Shown one piece after another: positions 18,601-29,310 of a DNA stretch of 64,000 bases. The notes beneath the pieces were generated by a model. The model did not search any database and was not told the origin of the DNA. It saw only the letters and a list, made by a program, of their open reading frames with translations. The stretch's first letter is position 1. Each line of letters starts with the position of its first letter. Origin of the DNA: an uncultured Bacteroides sp. (GTDB lineage Bacteria; Bacteroidota; Bacteroidia; Bacteroidales; JACABE01); assembly GCA_964636105.1 (NCBI GenBank), contig CAZWRD010000001.1:21917-85916 (forward strand), given 5' to 3'. The translations under genes were made by a program, and so were the position numbers.

Positions 18601-19695
18601 CTATTTATTAATTAAAGATATAACAACATCTGCAATTTGATTAGCAGCATTTGGATATGCTAAAAGTTTTATATGTTTTGATAATAAATCCATTTTAACA
18701 TTATCGTCAAGCAATTGATTTAATGCAATTTTTAATTGGACACGAGCTTCAACATCTTTTACTAGAATTGCAGCATTTGCATCAACCAAAGCCATAGCAT
18801 TTTTAGTTTGATGATCTTCAGCAACATTTGGCGATGGGATTAATATTACAGGTTTCCCAACAATACATAATTCAGAAATGGCTATTGCCCCAGCTCTTGA
18901 AATAATAACATCAGCAGCCGAATATGCCATATCCATTTGATTTATAAACTCAAAAACTTTTATATTCTGATAGTTTTTAATTGCAATTTCCTGCTTTGCA
19001 ATTTCGTAATAATACTTTCCTGTTTGCCATATCAATTGAAAATCATTATCTTCAATAAAATTAAGAAAACCATGAACGCTTTCATTGATTGTTCTTGCAC
19101 CTAAACTACCTCCAATAACTAAAATCGTTCTTTTATCTACTTTCAAACCAAAATTTTCAATTGCCGTGTTTTTATCAATTTGATTATCTACAATCGAATT
19201 TCGCACTGGATTTCCTGTTAAAATCAACTTATTAAAAGGGAAATACTTATCCATATTCTGATAAGCAACACATATTTTATTTACTCTGTTACCCAAAATT
19301 TTATTGGTAATACCAGGATAAGAATTTTGTTCTTGAATAAGCGTAGGAATCTTTTTATTGCACGCCATCCTAAGTGTAGGCCCACTAGCATAACCTCCAA
19401 CACCAATTACAACATCGGGTTTAAAACTGGAAATAATATTATTTGCATTTAACATGCTAGAAATAACCTTTAAAGGGAAAAGCAAATTTTTTATTGTTAA
19501 TTTTCGTTGCAAACCACTTATCCATAAACCTTTTATTTGAAAACCAGCAGCTGGAACTTTTTCCATTTCCATTCTGCCTTTAGCTCCAATAAACAAAATA
19601 TCAATATCTTGGACTTTGCTTTGCAAAGCATTAGCAATTGCAATTGCAGGATAAATATGACCACCTGTTCCACCACCACTTATTATTACTTTCAT
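18601..19695 (-). CDS. murG: Lipid II glycosyltransferase MurG
   Basis: Motifs MKVIISGGGTGGHIYPAIAIA and GGYASGP, with a C-terminal GT28 region (ISRAGAIAISE). Confidence 0.95.
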   Translation of the reverse strand: MKVIISGGGTGGHIYPAIAIANALQSKVQDIDILFIGAKGRMEMEKVPAAGFQIKGLWISGLQRKLTIKNLLFPLKVISSMLNANNIISSFKPDVVIGVGGYASGPTLRMACNKKIPTLIQEQNSYPGITNKILGNRVNKICVAYQNMDKYFPFNKLILTGNPVRNSIVDNQIDKNTAIENFGLKVDKRTILVIGGSLGARTINESVHGFLNFIEDNDFQLIWQTGKYYYEIAKQEIAIKNYQNIKVFEFINQMDMAYSAADVIISRAGAIAISELCIVGKPVILIPSPNVAEDHQTKNAMALVDANAAILVKDVEARVQLKIALNQLLDDNVKMDLLSKHIKLLAYPNAANQIADVVISLINK

Positions 19696-19705
19696 AGCTA
19701 TATAA

Positions 19706-20899
19706 TTAAATTGAAGGTTGAACAGCTTTTAATTGATTTGATTTTTCATCGTTTTCAGCTTTAGATTTTTTTTCATCTTCAAGTTCAACTTCAGCACTCA
19801 CACTCAACATTATACCAATTGCAATACTAGTAAACCAAATAGAAGTTCCACCCATACTTACCAAAGGTAAAGGTTGACCAGTAACAGGAAATATACCAAC
19901 AGCTACCGCCATATTTGCTATTGCCTGAAAAACAAGCATTAAACAAACCCCGATTGTTAAAAAAGCACCAAAAGACCCAGGACTTCGTGCCGAAATTCGC
20001 ATTCCTCGATAAAGCAATATTAAATATAATAGCAAAATAAAAACACCCCCAATAATACCGTATTCTTCAATTATTATTGCGTAAATAAAATCAGAATAAG
20101 GATGTGGTAAGAAATTTCGTTGAGTACTATTACCTGGAAATTTTCCAAAAACTTTACCGCCAGCAATTGCAATTTTGGCTTGATCAGCTTGATAATTTTC
20201 ATCACTTTCTTTATTAAAATGATTTTCAATTCTATTTTTCCAAGTACCAAAACGACCAACTTCGGGAAAATTAAATATAATAACCATAAATAAAGATGAT
20301 GCAACAATAATTACGGCGACTAATCCTAATAAATGATAATAATTTACCCTACCTATAAATAATAATATCAAGCAAGTAGCAAACAAAAGTACAGCAGTCG
20401 AAAGATTAGCCGGCATAATCAATGCACAAACACCAATTATTGTTAACACAATAGGCATAAATGATGACTTAAAATCATTAATTTTTTCTTGATTTTTCGA
20501 TAACATTCTAGCAACAAACATAATAAGTGCAATTTTTGCTAAATCGGATGTTTGAAATGTAAGATTCACAATAGGCAAAGTAAGCCAACGACTAGCTTCA
20601 TTAATTCTTCCTGCAAATAAAGTAAAAATAAGTAGCGGAACAGCTAGTATTATTGCAATTTGGGAAATACGTGAATAATAAGTATATTTGACCATATGCG
20701 CCAAATAAATAAGAAAAAAACCTACAATCAATATGCCAAAATGTTTGAAAAAATAATATTCAGTATTTCCACTCTGATACTTATATGCAAGTGTACCTGT
20801 TGAACTATAAACAGATAACAAAGAAAAAACAGACAGTATTAAAACAACTATCCAAATTACTTTATCACCTCTAATATTGTTTGCAAAATTCTTCATCAT
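19706..20899 (-). CDS. ftsW: SEDS-family peptidoglycan polymerase FtsW
   Basis: About 10 TM helices, with SEDS motifs SDFIYAIIIEEYG and GQPLPLVSMGGTS. Its dcw position fits. Confidence 0.9.
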   Translation of the reverse strand: MMKNFANNIRGDKVIWIVVLILSVFSLLSVYSSTGTLAYKYQSGNTEYYFFKHFGILIVGFFLIYLAHMVKYTYYSRISQIAIILAVPLLIFTLFAGRINEASRWLTLPIVNLTFQTSDLAKIALIMFVARMLSKNQEKINDFKSSFMPIVLTIIGVCALIMPANLSTAVLLFATCLILLFIGRVNYYHLLGLVAVIIVASSLFMVIIFNFPEVGRFGTWKNRIENHFNKESDENYQADQAKIAIAGGKVFGKFPGNSTQRNFLPHPYSDFIYAIIIEEYGIIGGVFILLLYLILLYRGMRISARSPGSFGAFLTIGVCLMLVFQAIANMAVAVGIFPVTGQPLPLVSMGGTSIWFTSIAIGIMLSVSAEVELEDEKKSKAENDEKSNQLKAVQPSI

Positions 20900-20916
20900 T
20901 TACTTACTTTACTGCT

Positions 20917-22260
20917 TTACAAATCATTAACTGCTTTTCTGAATTGCTTTCCTCTATCTTCATAATTCTCAAATAAATCAAAACTAGCGCAAGTTGGCGA
21001 CAATAATACTACATCACCAGAATTTGCTAAATAATAAGCATTTTCAACAGCTTCTTTAGCTGATTTAGTCTCAATAATATTTGGAATTAAATCAGAAAAC
21101 ACTTCAATAATTTTAGCATTGTCAATTCCTAAACAAATAATCGCTTTAACTTTCGACTTGATTAATTGACGTAAACTCTTATAATCGTTACCTTTATCTT
21201 GACCACCAACTATCCAAACCACAGGTTTTGTCATACACTCTAAAGCATACCACGTAGAATTAATATTAGTCGCTTTTGAATCGTTGATAAACTCAATTCC
21301 ATGAACCTTAGCTACAAACTCCAGCCTATGCTCTACCCCTTGAAAGTCAGACATACTTTCTTTAATGATATCTTTCCTGATATCTAAAATCCGAGAACTG
21401 ATACCAGCTGCCATCGAATTGTAAACGTTGTGTCTTCCTTGTAATGCCAATGCTTCTAAATCCATGTTAAATGTATTTGATTTTATGTTGAATATAATTT
21501 TTTTGTTATCGATATAAGCTCCATCTCCTTCAATTTTATCAAAAAAAGAAAATGGTATTTTTTGTGAATTAATTTTATAATTATCTATATATTTAAGAGT
21601 TATCTCATCATCCTTACAATAAATAAAAGAATCGTTATGGCTCTGATTATTGCAAATTTTGAATTTTGAATTAATATAATTTTCAAAATTATAATCGTAT
21701 CTATCTAAATGATCGGGAGTTATATTAGTTAACACAGCAATATCTGCCTTAAAATCAAACATATAATCCAATTGAAAACTACTAATTTCTAATACATAGA
21801 TATCAAAATCATTTTCAGCAACTTGCAAAGCAAAACTTTTCCCAATATTTCCGGCTATACCTACATTTAATCCAGCCTTTTTCAGAATATGATAAATTAA
21901 TGATGTTGTGGTTGTTTTTCCATTACTACCTGTTATACAAACCTTTAATGCATTTGTATATCTATATGCAAATTCCAATTCATCAATAATCGGAATCCTT
22001 TTTTCTTTAATCTTAGTAATAATAGAAACTTTATCTGAAATACCAGGACTCTTTATAACCTCGCATGCAGCTAAAATTATTGATTCTGAATGTTTTTCTT
22101 CTTCAAAATGAATATTTTCAGCAATTAATTTTTGAGAATATTCAGCTTTAATCTTTCCAAAATCAGACACAAAAACATTGTAACCCTGCTTTTTAGCAAG
22201 AACCGCAGCTCCAACTCCGCTTTCACCAGCTCCAAGAATTACAATGTTATTGTTTTGCAT
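20917..22260 (-). CDS. murD: UDP-N-acetylmuramoylalanine--D-glutamate ligase
   Basis: Motifs IVILGAGESGVGAA and ITGSNGKTTTTSL, plus Mur ligase domains. Confidence 0.93.
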   Translation of the reverse strand: MQNNNIVILGAGESGVGAAVLAKKQGYNVFVSDFGKIKAEYSQKLIAENIHFEEEKHSESIILAACEVIKSPGISDKVSIITKIKEKRIPIIDELEFAYRYTNALKVCITGSNGKTTTTSLIYHILKKAGLNVGIAGNIGKSFALQVAENDFDIYVLEISSFQLDYMFDFKADIAVLTNITPDHLDRYDYNFENYINSKFKICNNQSHNDSFIYCKDDEITLKYIDNYKINSQKIPFSFFDKIEGDGAYIDNKKIIFNIKSNTFNMDLEALALQGRHNVYNSMAAGISSRILDIRKDIIKESMSDFQGVEHRLEFVAKVHGIEFINDSKATNINSTWYALECMTKPVVWIVGGQDKGNDYKSLRQLIKSKVKAIICLGIDNAKIIEVFSDLIPNIIETKSAKEAVENAYYLANSGDVVLLSPTCASFDLFENYEDRGKQFRKAVNDL

Positions 22261-22261
22261 A

Positions 22262-23515
22262 TTATCTTAATTTTAAAGTAACTATAGTAAAAACAGCAAG
22301 CATTAACCCTACAATTACAAACCTAACTACTATTTTAGGCTCAGAATATCCAAGTTTTTGAAAATGATGATGTAATGGCGACATTCTGAAAATTCGTCTG
22401 CCTTCGCCATATTTCTTTTTAGTATATTTAAAATAGCTAACTTGCAACACAACAGATAAATTTTCAACTAAAAAGATTCCACATAAAATTGGGATTAATA
22501 ACTCTTTGCGTATCAGAATTGCAAGTACAGCAATGATTCCACCAATTGACAAACTTCCTGTGTCTCCCATAAAAACCTGTGCAGGATAAGTATTATACCA
22601 CAAAAAACCAATGGTTGCACCAACAAATGCACTTACAAAAATAGTTAGCTCGCCAATATTAGGTATATACATAATATTCAAATAATTAGCGAATATTATA
22701 TTACCAGAAACCCATGCTAAAATACCCAAAGTAGCACCAATAATAGCCGAAGTACTCGTTGCCAATCCATCAATACCATCCGTTAAATTTGCTCCATTTG
22801 AAACCGATGTAATAATCAGAATTACAATAGGAATAAAAATAAGCCATGCCCATTTTTGATAATTATCTCCTATCCATGAAATAAAAATTGAATAATCTAA
22901 TTCATTATTCTTAAAAAAGGGAATTGTTGTCTTTGTTGATTTAATAGCCTCTTTATTAAAAACTTCTTTTGCTCTTTCGTAATTAGCCTCATTCAAAATA
23001 TTGGTTGATTTTACCACCGTACTTTCCTGAACTTTTTCTTTAATTACAATTCCATCATGAAAGTACATAGTAAATCCAATAATCAAACCTAAAGTAATTT
23101 GACCCAAAACTTTAAATCGTCCAGCTAAACCTTCTTTATCTTTTTTAAAAACCTTAATGTAATCATCTAGAAATCCAATCATTCCAAGCCATACAGTGGT
23201 TACAATCATCAGTATAACATATATATTATCTAATTTTGCAAACAATAATGTTGGAATTAAAATTGAACCCAAAATAATTAATCCACCCATAGTTGGCGTA
23301 CCTTGTTTTTCTTTCTGACCTTCGAGACCTAAATCTCTAACTGTTTCACCTACTTGCTTTTTGTTTAAAAAAGCAATTAAACTTTTGCCAAAAAGTAATG
23401 AAATGGTTAGCGAAACAATTACCGCCAATGCAGCTCTAAACGAAATGTATTGAAATAATCCTGCTCCCGGAAAATCAAATACCTTATGTAAATAATCAAA
23501 TAAATAGTACAACAT
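22262..23515 (-). CDS. mraY: Phospho-N-acetylmuramoyl-pentapeptide transferase
   Basis: Motifs [32 protein letters not shown] and PLHHHF. Confidence 0.95.
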   Translation of the reverse strand: MLYYLFDYLHKVFDFPGAGLFQYISFRAALAVIVSLTISLLFGKSLIAFLNKKQVGETVRDLGLEGQKEKQGTPTMGGLIILGSILIPTLLFAKLDNIYVILMIVTTVWLGMIGFLDDYIKVFKKDKEGLAGRFKVLGQITLGLIIGFTMYFHDGIVIKEKVQESTVVKSTNILNEANYERAKEVFNKEAIKSTKTTIPFFKNNELDYSIFISWIGDNYQKWAWLIFIPIVILIITSVSNGANLTDGIDGLATSTSAIIGATLGILAWVSGNIIFANYLNIMYIPNIGELTIFVSAFVGATIGFLWYNTYPAQVFMGDTGSLSIGGIIAVLAILIRKELLIPILCGIFLVENLSVVLQVSYFKYTKKKYGEGRRIFRMSPLHHHFQKLGYSEPKIVVRFVIVGLMLAVFTIVTLKLR

Positions 23516-23524
23516 ATCAGTTAT

Positions 23525-24979
23525 TTATAATAAATATTCTTTTAAAATTTCTTTGTCATCAAAATGATATTTTATCCCTTTAATCTCTTGGTATTTTTCA
23601 TGACCTTTGCCTGCAACCAAAATAATATCACCCTCTTTAGCCATTACACAAGCTATTTTTATTGCTTCTTTTCTGTTTAAAACGGTTAAAACCTTACGTT
23701 TTAGTGATATATCAATACCCTCCTCCATTTGCTTTAAAATTTCTTCTGGATCTTCATCTCGCGGATTATCTGAAGTAAGAATTGTAAAATCACTATTTTC
23801 AGAGGCTAGCTTTGCCATTATTGGTCGTTTTTGAGCATCTCTATTCCCACCTGCACCCACAACAGTTATTAGCTGTTCGTTATGAGTTCTAATAGCATCT
23901 ATGGTATTAAAAACATTAATTAATGCATCAGGAGTATGAGCATAATCAACTATTGCTGTTACGTTTTCTGAAGATTTGATGTACTCAAACCTTCCTTCAG
24001 CTGAATTTAAATTGCTTAAAATTTGTAATATTTCAATTTTATCAGCACCCAACAATATAGCCGTTGCGTATATGGCGGTTAAATTATATGCATTAAATTT
24101 TCCAACAAGTTTTGTAATTACGTCAATTCCATCAATATTTAAATGCAAACCTGATAATTCATTCTCAATAATTTTACATTTAAAATCTGACACAGATTGC
24201 AAACTATACGTATAACAATGAGCTTTAGTGTTTTGAATCATTATCAGTCCATTCTTATCATCCATATTTGTCAAAGCAAAAGCATTTATCGGCAGTTGAT
24301 CAAAAAACAGCTTTTTGGCTTTAATATATTCTGAAAATGTTTTATGAAAATCGAGATGATCATGCGTAATATTACTAAAAATTCCACCCGAAAATGTTAA
24401 TCCAGCAATACGATTTTGAACAATTGCATGCGAACTTACCTCCATAAAACAATAGCTTACTCCCTCTTCAATCATTTGATTTAAAAGCAGATTCAACTGT
24501 AAGGCATCAGGAGTGGTATGAGTTGAAGGAATTTCTTTATCATGAATTTTATTGCTAATTGTTGACAACAAACCTACCTTATAACCTAATAATTTGAATG
24601 CATTATATAAAAGGGTTACGGTTGTGGTTTTTCCATTTGTACCTGTAATTCCTATCAATTTCAAATTTGCAGAAGGATTATTAAAAAAATTAGATGAAAT
24701 AATACCCAACGCAAAAGCCGAATTTGTTGTTTTAATGTAAGTTAGCTTTTCATTTAATTGAGCAGGAAGCTTTTCGCAAACAATTGCAATAGCTCCTTTT
24801 TCAACAGCTTGATTTATATACAGATGACCATCAGACATGGTTCCATTTACTGCAATAAATAAACTTTGATTTTCAACTTTTCGCGAATCGAAATCAATTG
24901 ATGAAATCATTATTTGGTTATCCCCAAATAACTCATAATCACCAATATTTTTCAACAAATCCAATAGCTTTTTCATCAC
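23525..24979 (-). CDS. murE: UDP-N-acetylmuramoyl-tripeptide synthetase (MurE)
   Basis: Motifs GITGTNGKTTTVTL and DYAHTPDAL, and the DNPR motif (SDNPRDEDP). Confidence 0.93.
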   Translation of the reverse strand: MMKKLLDLLKNIGDYELFGDNQIMISSIDFDSRKVENQSLFIAVNGTMSDGHLYINQAVEKGAIAIVCEKLPAQLNEKLTYIKTTNSAFALGIISSNFFNNPSANLKLIGITGTNGKTTTVTLLYNAFKLLGYKVGLLSTISNKIHDKEIPSTHTTPDALQLNLLLNQMIEEGVSYCFMEVSSHAIVQNRIAGLTFSGGIFSNITHDHLDFHKTFSEYIKAKKLFFDQLPINAFALTNMDDKNGLIMIQNTKAHCYTYSLQSVSDFKCKIIENELSGLHLNIDGIDVITKLVGKFNAYNLTAIYATAILLGADKIEILQILSNLNSAEGRFEYIKSSENVTAIVDYAHTPDALINVFNTIDAIRTHNEQLITVVGAGGNRDAQKRPIMAKLASENSDFTILTSDNPRDEDPEEILKQMEEGIDISLKRKVLTVLNRKEAIKIACVMAKEGDIILVAGKGHEKYQEIKGIKYHFDDKEILKEYLL

Positions 24980-24986
24980 TTTTGTC

Positions 24987-27425
24987 TTAATTTTTCTTTT
25001 TATTTTCTGCTTTTTTTAATTCTGTTTTCTTATCTGTTTTCTTTTTATCTACCAATGTTTTTACATCCTTCTTTTTTTTATTTTCCTTTTTATTGTCTTG
25101 TTTTTTTGCATTTTCTGTAGATTTAGTCAATTTCTTTTTATCCTTAGAATCAGCTTTGGGTTTTTCTGCTTTCTTATTATCAACCTTAACTTTTTCTGTT
25201 TTCAGATTTTCTGATTTATCCTTTTTCACCTTTTCAGATTTAATTGCAACTTTCTCACGAATAGTATCTGAATTAATTAAAGTATCATTTTGATTTACAA
25301 ATATTTGTTTAGATAAAACCACATTGGCATTTTTTTCAAGAAACAATGTAATTAATTGATTTTTCGAACATTTTGAGCCTTTTGGTATTGATTGCTTTGA
25401 AACTTTTCCTTTTCCTGAAACATTTACTTTCATTCCAAGTTTTTCAGCAAGATAAACAGCATCTTTTAAGCCCATTCCTTTAAAATCGGGAACAACTCCA
25501 AGTTTATATTCAATTGATTTATATTTATTTAAACTATCTTTCCTTATCGAAACCAAATAATCAGCATCTGTATTATCGCTAAAAAAAGGCAAGTTCAAAT
25601 TAGAATAAATTGTATAAATTTCCTGTTTATTTCCTGCTTCTACAAATGGTATTGCAATCTTTTTATACTCAATTTTGCGTTGCTGATGTATATCTAATTC
25701 AGTAGCATAAACTTTATCAGCAATTTCTTTAAAAACCGGAGCAGCAATTGCACCTCCATAATATATTCCTTTGGTAGGATTATTTACAATTACAATACAA
25801 GTATATTTCGGATTATCAGCAGGGAAATAACCAACAAAAGAAGCTCGATAAATATTACTTTCTTTATTATTGTGATAATCAATTTTTGCAGTACCGGTTT
25901 TTCCGGCAATTTTATAAACAGTATTTAATAAGTGCTTTGCAGTACCATGTTCAACTACACCTTGCAATATAGCTTGTACTTTAAGAAGTGTTTTTTCAGA
26001 GCAAACAGATTTATTTAAAACTACAGCTCCTCTTTTTTCGATAAGTTTACCCGTTTGCATAATTTCTTTTACAAACAAAGGTTTAACCATAACTCCATTA
26101 TTTGCAATAGAATTATAAAAAGTTAAGGTTTGCAATGGCGTTATCATCAATTCATATCCTATTGACATCCATGGCAATGATGTTTTTGACCAAGTTTTAT
26201 CCTTTGTGTTTTTTACATATGGTCGGCCTTCACCTTTTAAATCGATACCTAAGGATTTGTTTAAATTCATATCATATAGATAATCTACGAATTTTTGTGG
26301 ATTTTTACTAAAAGTACGAGTTGTTATTTCCGAAATACCAACATTTGAAGAAACTTCAAAAGCTTTACTTAAAGATATTCTACCATAACCTTCCTCGTGC
26401 GAATCTTCCATTTTTCTATTAGCATAACTACTTATACCTGTATTTACAAGCTCATTTGTATCAAATTTTCCTTCCTCCAAAACAGCAATTAAAGAGGCTA
26501 ATTTAAATGTAGAGCCAGGTTCAGCACTTTCACTTATTGCAAAATTTAAATCTTCTCCATAAGAGCCATCTTTATGTCGTTTTAAGTTTGCAATTGCCTT
26601 GATATATCCTGTGTTTACCTCCATTAAAATAGCACATCCATGATCTGCGTCATTAGAATCAAGGCATTTCAATAGTGCATTTTCAGCAACATCCTGAATA
26701 TTAATATCAATAGTCGTAATAATATCTTTCCCGTTTTCTGGTTCTATCTGATTATCACGTTCTACAGGTCGCCATATGCCATTAGCAATTTTTCGCATTA
26801 AACGTTTCCCACTAACACCTTCTAATTCTTTGCTATATGCTCCTTCTAAACCTACATATACATTCGAATTCAAATTTTTATACCCTATTGTGCGGCTTGC
26901 CAGCATTTTAAAAGGCATTTTTCTATAATCTTTTTCTTCTACTATAAAACCACCTTTAAATTTACCTTTCTTCAAAATCGGGAAATTTCTTAATCTTTTC
27001 AACTGAGTATAATCAATATTTCTTTTGATGAGCAAATCTCTTTTACCACTTTTTCTACCTGCAACTAAAATATTTTTAAAATCACTACTTGATTTTTCAG
27101 GAAACAATTTTGATAAACTATCACATAAGGCATTAACATACAATTTAAAAGTATCCTTATGAACTACAGATTTGTGTAAATCAAGTTTTACATCAAAAAT
27201 TGGTATAGATGTAGCAAGTAAATTTGAATCAGATGAAATTATATTTCCCCTAACAGCTTCTACAGTTTCGTAACGAAGCGTAAGATTTTCGGCACGTTGA
27301 CGCCACATATCTCCATCAACATATTGTATTACAATCACTTTATAAATTATAACAATTGCAAAAATCAATATAAAAGCATATATCAGTTTTATTCTCCAAA
27401 CAATATCATTCTTCTCCTCTTTCAT
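24987..27425 (-). CDS. ftsI: Class B penicillin-binding protein FtsI/PBP3 with C-terminal PASTA domain and Lys-rich tail
   Basis: N-terminal TM, transpeptidase motifs STFK and KTGTA, and a PASTA-like VPDFKGMGLKDAVYLAEKLGMKVNVSGKGKVSKQSIPKG. The 89-aa tail contains 37 Lys by my count. I prefer the ATG at 27425 (MKEEKND), which lies 4 nt after the ftsL stop. Confidence 0.9.
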   Translation of the reverse strand: MKEEKNDIVWRIKLIYAFILIFAIVIIYKVIVIQYVDGDMWRQRAENLTLRYETVEAVRGNIISSDSNLLATSIPIFDVKLDLHKSVVHKDTFKLYVNALCDSLSKLFPEKSSSDFKNILVAGRKSGKRDLLIKRNIDYTQLKRLRNFPILKKGKFKGGFIVEEKDYRKMPFKMLASRTIGYKNLNSNVYVGLEGAYSKELEGVSGKRLMRKIANGIWRPVERDNQIEPENGKDIITTIDINIQDVAENALLKCLDSNDADHGCAILMEVNTGYIKAIANLKRHKDGSYGEDLNFAISESAEPGSTFKLASLIAVLEEGKFDTNELVNTGISSYANRKMEDSHEEGYGRISLSKAFEVSSNVGISEITTRTFSKNPQKFVDYLYDMNLNKSLGIDLKGEGRPYVKNTKDKTWSKTSLPWMSIGYELMITPLQTLTFYNSIANNGVMVKPLFVKEIMQTGKLIEKRGAVVLNKSVCSEKTLLKVQAILQGVVEHGTAKHLLNTVYKIAGKTGTAKIDYHNNKESNIYRASFVGYFPADNPKYTCIVIVNNPTKGIYYGGAIAAPVFKEIADKVYATELDIHQQRKIEYKKIAIPFVEAGNKQEIYTIYSNLNLPFFSDNTDADYLVSIRKDSLNKYKSIEYKLGVVPDFKGMGLKDAVYLAEKLGMKVNVSGKGKVSKQSIPKGSKCSKNQLITLFLEKNANVVLSKQIFVNQNDTLINSDTIREKVAIKSEKVKKDKSENLKTEKVKVDNKKAEKPKADSKDKKKLTKSTENAKKQDNKKENKKKKDVKTLVDKKKTDKKTELKKAENKKKN

Positions 27426-27429
27426 ACTT

Positions 27430-27840
27430 TTAATTATTTGATTTAATAATAAATTTTTGTGGAGGAATTGTTGATTCTTTAATTCCAAGTGAATCTAATT
27501 TACGAGCAACTTCGGATTGTTTGCTTTTATACATAAAATCAGATTTTGTAGTAATATGCTCAAATCTAAGCTCTTTTAACTCTTTTTTAAGCAAATTAAT
27601 TTCTCTATAATTCTTAATAGCCCAATAATTATTAGCGATATAAATAATCCCTAATAACGAGATAAATAAAATTAGAGGAACCAATTTCAAAAATCCATTG
27701 CGAGTTAAAAAAGTACCATTTAATAAAATATCCATTAAATTTCCCGCAGCAGTTTCTTTAGGCAACAACGATCGTAATTTAAAATTACTGTTTTTCTTAA
27801 CCTTTACTTCCTCAGGCTTTTTTATTGTATTTTTACCCAT
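27430..27840 (-). CDS. ftsL: FtsL-like division protein (single TM + coiled coil)
   Basis: Small bitopic protein (TM LVPLILFISLLGIIYIA followed by LLKKELKELRFE) in the canonical slot between rsmH and ftsI. The likely start MGKNT at 27840 overlaps the end of rsmH. Confidence 0.7.
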   Translation of the reverse strand: MGKNTIKKPEEVKVKKNSNFKLRSLLPKETAAGNLMDILLNGTFLTRNGFLKLVPLILFISLLGIIYIANNYWAIKNYREINLLKKELKELRFEHITTKSDFMYKSKQSEVARKLDSLGIKESTIPPQKFIIKSNN

Positions 27841-28738
27841 AGCAAACCCTTTCAGCAATTCGTAATTTGGCACTTCTCGATCTTGTATTTCGTTCTATTT
27901 CATCTTCTTGAGGAATTATCGCTTTCCTACTGATGATTTTAAATGGAGAAATAATATTTCCATAAAAATCCTTTTGAATTTCACCTTTAAAATTTCCCGA
28001 TTTCATAAAATTCTTCACCAATCTATCCTCAAGTGAATGATAAGAAATTACAACCAATCTTCCGCCTGGCTTTAGGCATTCTATTGTTTGTAAAAGCATT
28101 TCTTTTAAAACTTCAAGTTCCTCGTTCACTTCTATTCTGATTGCCTGAAAAATCATTGCTAATGTTTTATTTTCCATTTTTCGTGGCAAGCATTGAGAAA
28201 CAGCCTCTTTTAAATCTTCGGTATTTTCAATTGGTTTTACTGTTCGGTAATTTACTATTGAATTTGCAATTTTCCATGCATTTTGCAATTCTCCATATTC
28301 TTTAAAAATACTCTTTAATTCGTCAACTGTATAATTATTAACAACATCCTTAGCTGACTTGCCTTGATTTTGATTCATTCTTAAATCAAGTTCGCCATTG
28401 AAACGAATAGAAAATCCTCTTTCAGCAACATCAATTTGATGAGATGAAATACCTAAGTCAGCAAGAATTCCATCTACTGGACAAGCATTGTATAACTTTA
28501 AAAAATTTTTTAAATACCTGAAATTGTGATTAATCAGTGTAAATCTTTCATCTTCAGGAACATTAACCAATGCATCATCATCTTGATCGAAGGCAAGCAA
28601 TCTGCCATTCTCGTCAAGATTATTCAATATTGCTCTCGAATGACCACCGCCACCAAAAGTAACATCAGCATAAATTCCACCTGAAATAATTGACAAGCCT
28701 TCTAAACTCTCAATTAACATTACCGGATTATGATACAT
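27833..28738 (-). CDS. rsmH: 16S rRNA (cytosine1402-N4)-methyltransferase RsmH/MraW
   Basis: Motifs HNPVML, DVTFGGGGHS, DLGISSHQ and ISYHSLEDR. Confidence 0.95.
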   Translation of the reverse strand: MYHNPVMLIESLEGLSIISGGIYADVTFGGGGHSRAILNNLDENGRLLAFDQDDDALVNVPEDERFTLINHNFRYLKNFLKLYNACPVDGILADLGISSHQIDVAERGFSIRFNGELDLRMNQNQGKSAKDVVNNYTVDELKSIFKEYGELQNAWKIANSIVNYRTVKPIENTEDLKEAVSQCLPRKMENKTLAMIFQAIRIEVNEELEVLKEMLLQTIECLKPGGRLVVISYHSLEDRLVKNFMKSGNFKGEIQKDFYGNIISPFKIISRKAIIPQEDEIERNTRSRSAKLRIAERVCYG

Positions 28739-28749
28739 CCTTTGCTTTT

Positions 28750-29214
28750 TTAATCGTTGTTGATATCTACTAGTCTTTCATTAGCATAAGCAACATAATC
28801 CATTGTTGAACAATCATTTACCTCATTGTATTTTTCAACATCCCAGATTTCTAATATATTAATTCGCGAAATGAGTACGATATCTTTAGATATACCGCCG
28901 GCTTTTTTTAAATCTGAAGGAATCAGAATTCTATCATTCTGATCAAGATCAATTTTGTTTCCTTCAGACAGTTTTCTGATGAGTATTAAATCTTTAGGAT
29001 TATATGGATTAAGTCTTTTCTTTATTTTTTCAATTTCAATATCCCACTCTGCCATCGGGTATAATTCCAGATAAGGACCAAAAATACTGTTCCGCATGAC
29101 TAATCCATTATTAATCACACTAATAAGTTGTTTTTTCAAAGTAGAAGGAAATTTAAACCTTCCATTTGAATCAACAGTACAATATTCTTTTCCTATGAGT
29201 GCCAACATTTTCAA
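28750..29214 (-). CDS. mraZ: Transcriptional regulator MraZ
   Basis: 154 aa with two SpoVT/AbrB-like halves (DSNGRFKFPSTLKKQL and DQNDRILIPSDLKK). It is the first gene of the dcw cluster. Confidence 0.9.
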   Translation of the reverse strand: MKMLALIGKEYCTVDSNGRFKFPSTLKKQLISVINNGLVMRNSIFGPYLELYPMAEWDIEIEKIKKRLNPYNPKDLILIRKLSEGNKIDLDQNDRILIPSDLKKAGGISKDIVLISRINILEIWDVEKYNEVNDCSTMDYVAYANERLVDINND

Positions 29215-29257
29215 TTTTAAAAATTCAGGATGTAAATTTACACAAAAAAATCATATA

Positions 29258-29310
29258 AAACCATTTTGTTAATAAATTTTCCATATTAATCCAAAAAATC
29301 CCATTTTTAA
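29258..29310 (-). promoter_or_regulatory. Candidate MraZ operator: phased TGG direct repeats upstream of mraZ
   Basis: On the plus strand, CCA starts at 29261, 29281, 29291 and 29301. On the mraZ strand these read AAAATGG, AATATGG, TTTTTGG and AAAATGGG. Three are spaced exactly 10 bp apart and the fourth is 20 bp away. They lie 47-93 bp upstream of the mraZ ATG. Confidence 0.4.

Noticed and set aside
25093-25293. 66-aa plus-strand ORF opposite the Lys-rich tail of ftsI.
   Set aside because: It is the reverse complement of AAA/AAG-rich coding sequence, which gives an F/L/S-rich artefact. The ftsI frame is continuous with the PASTA domain.
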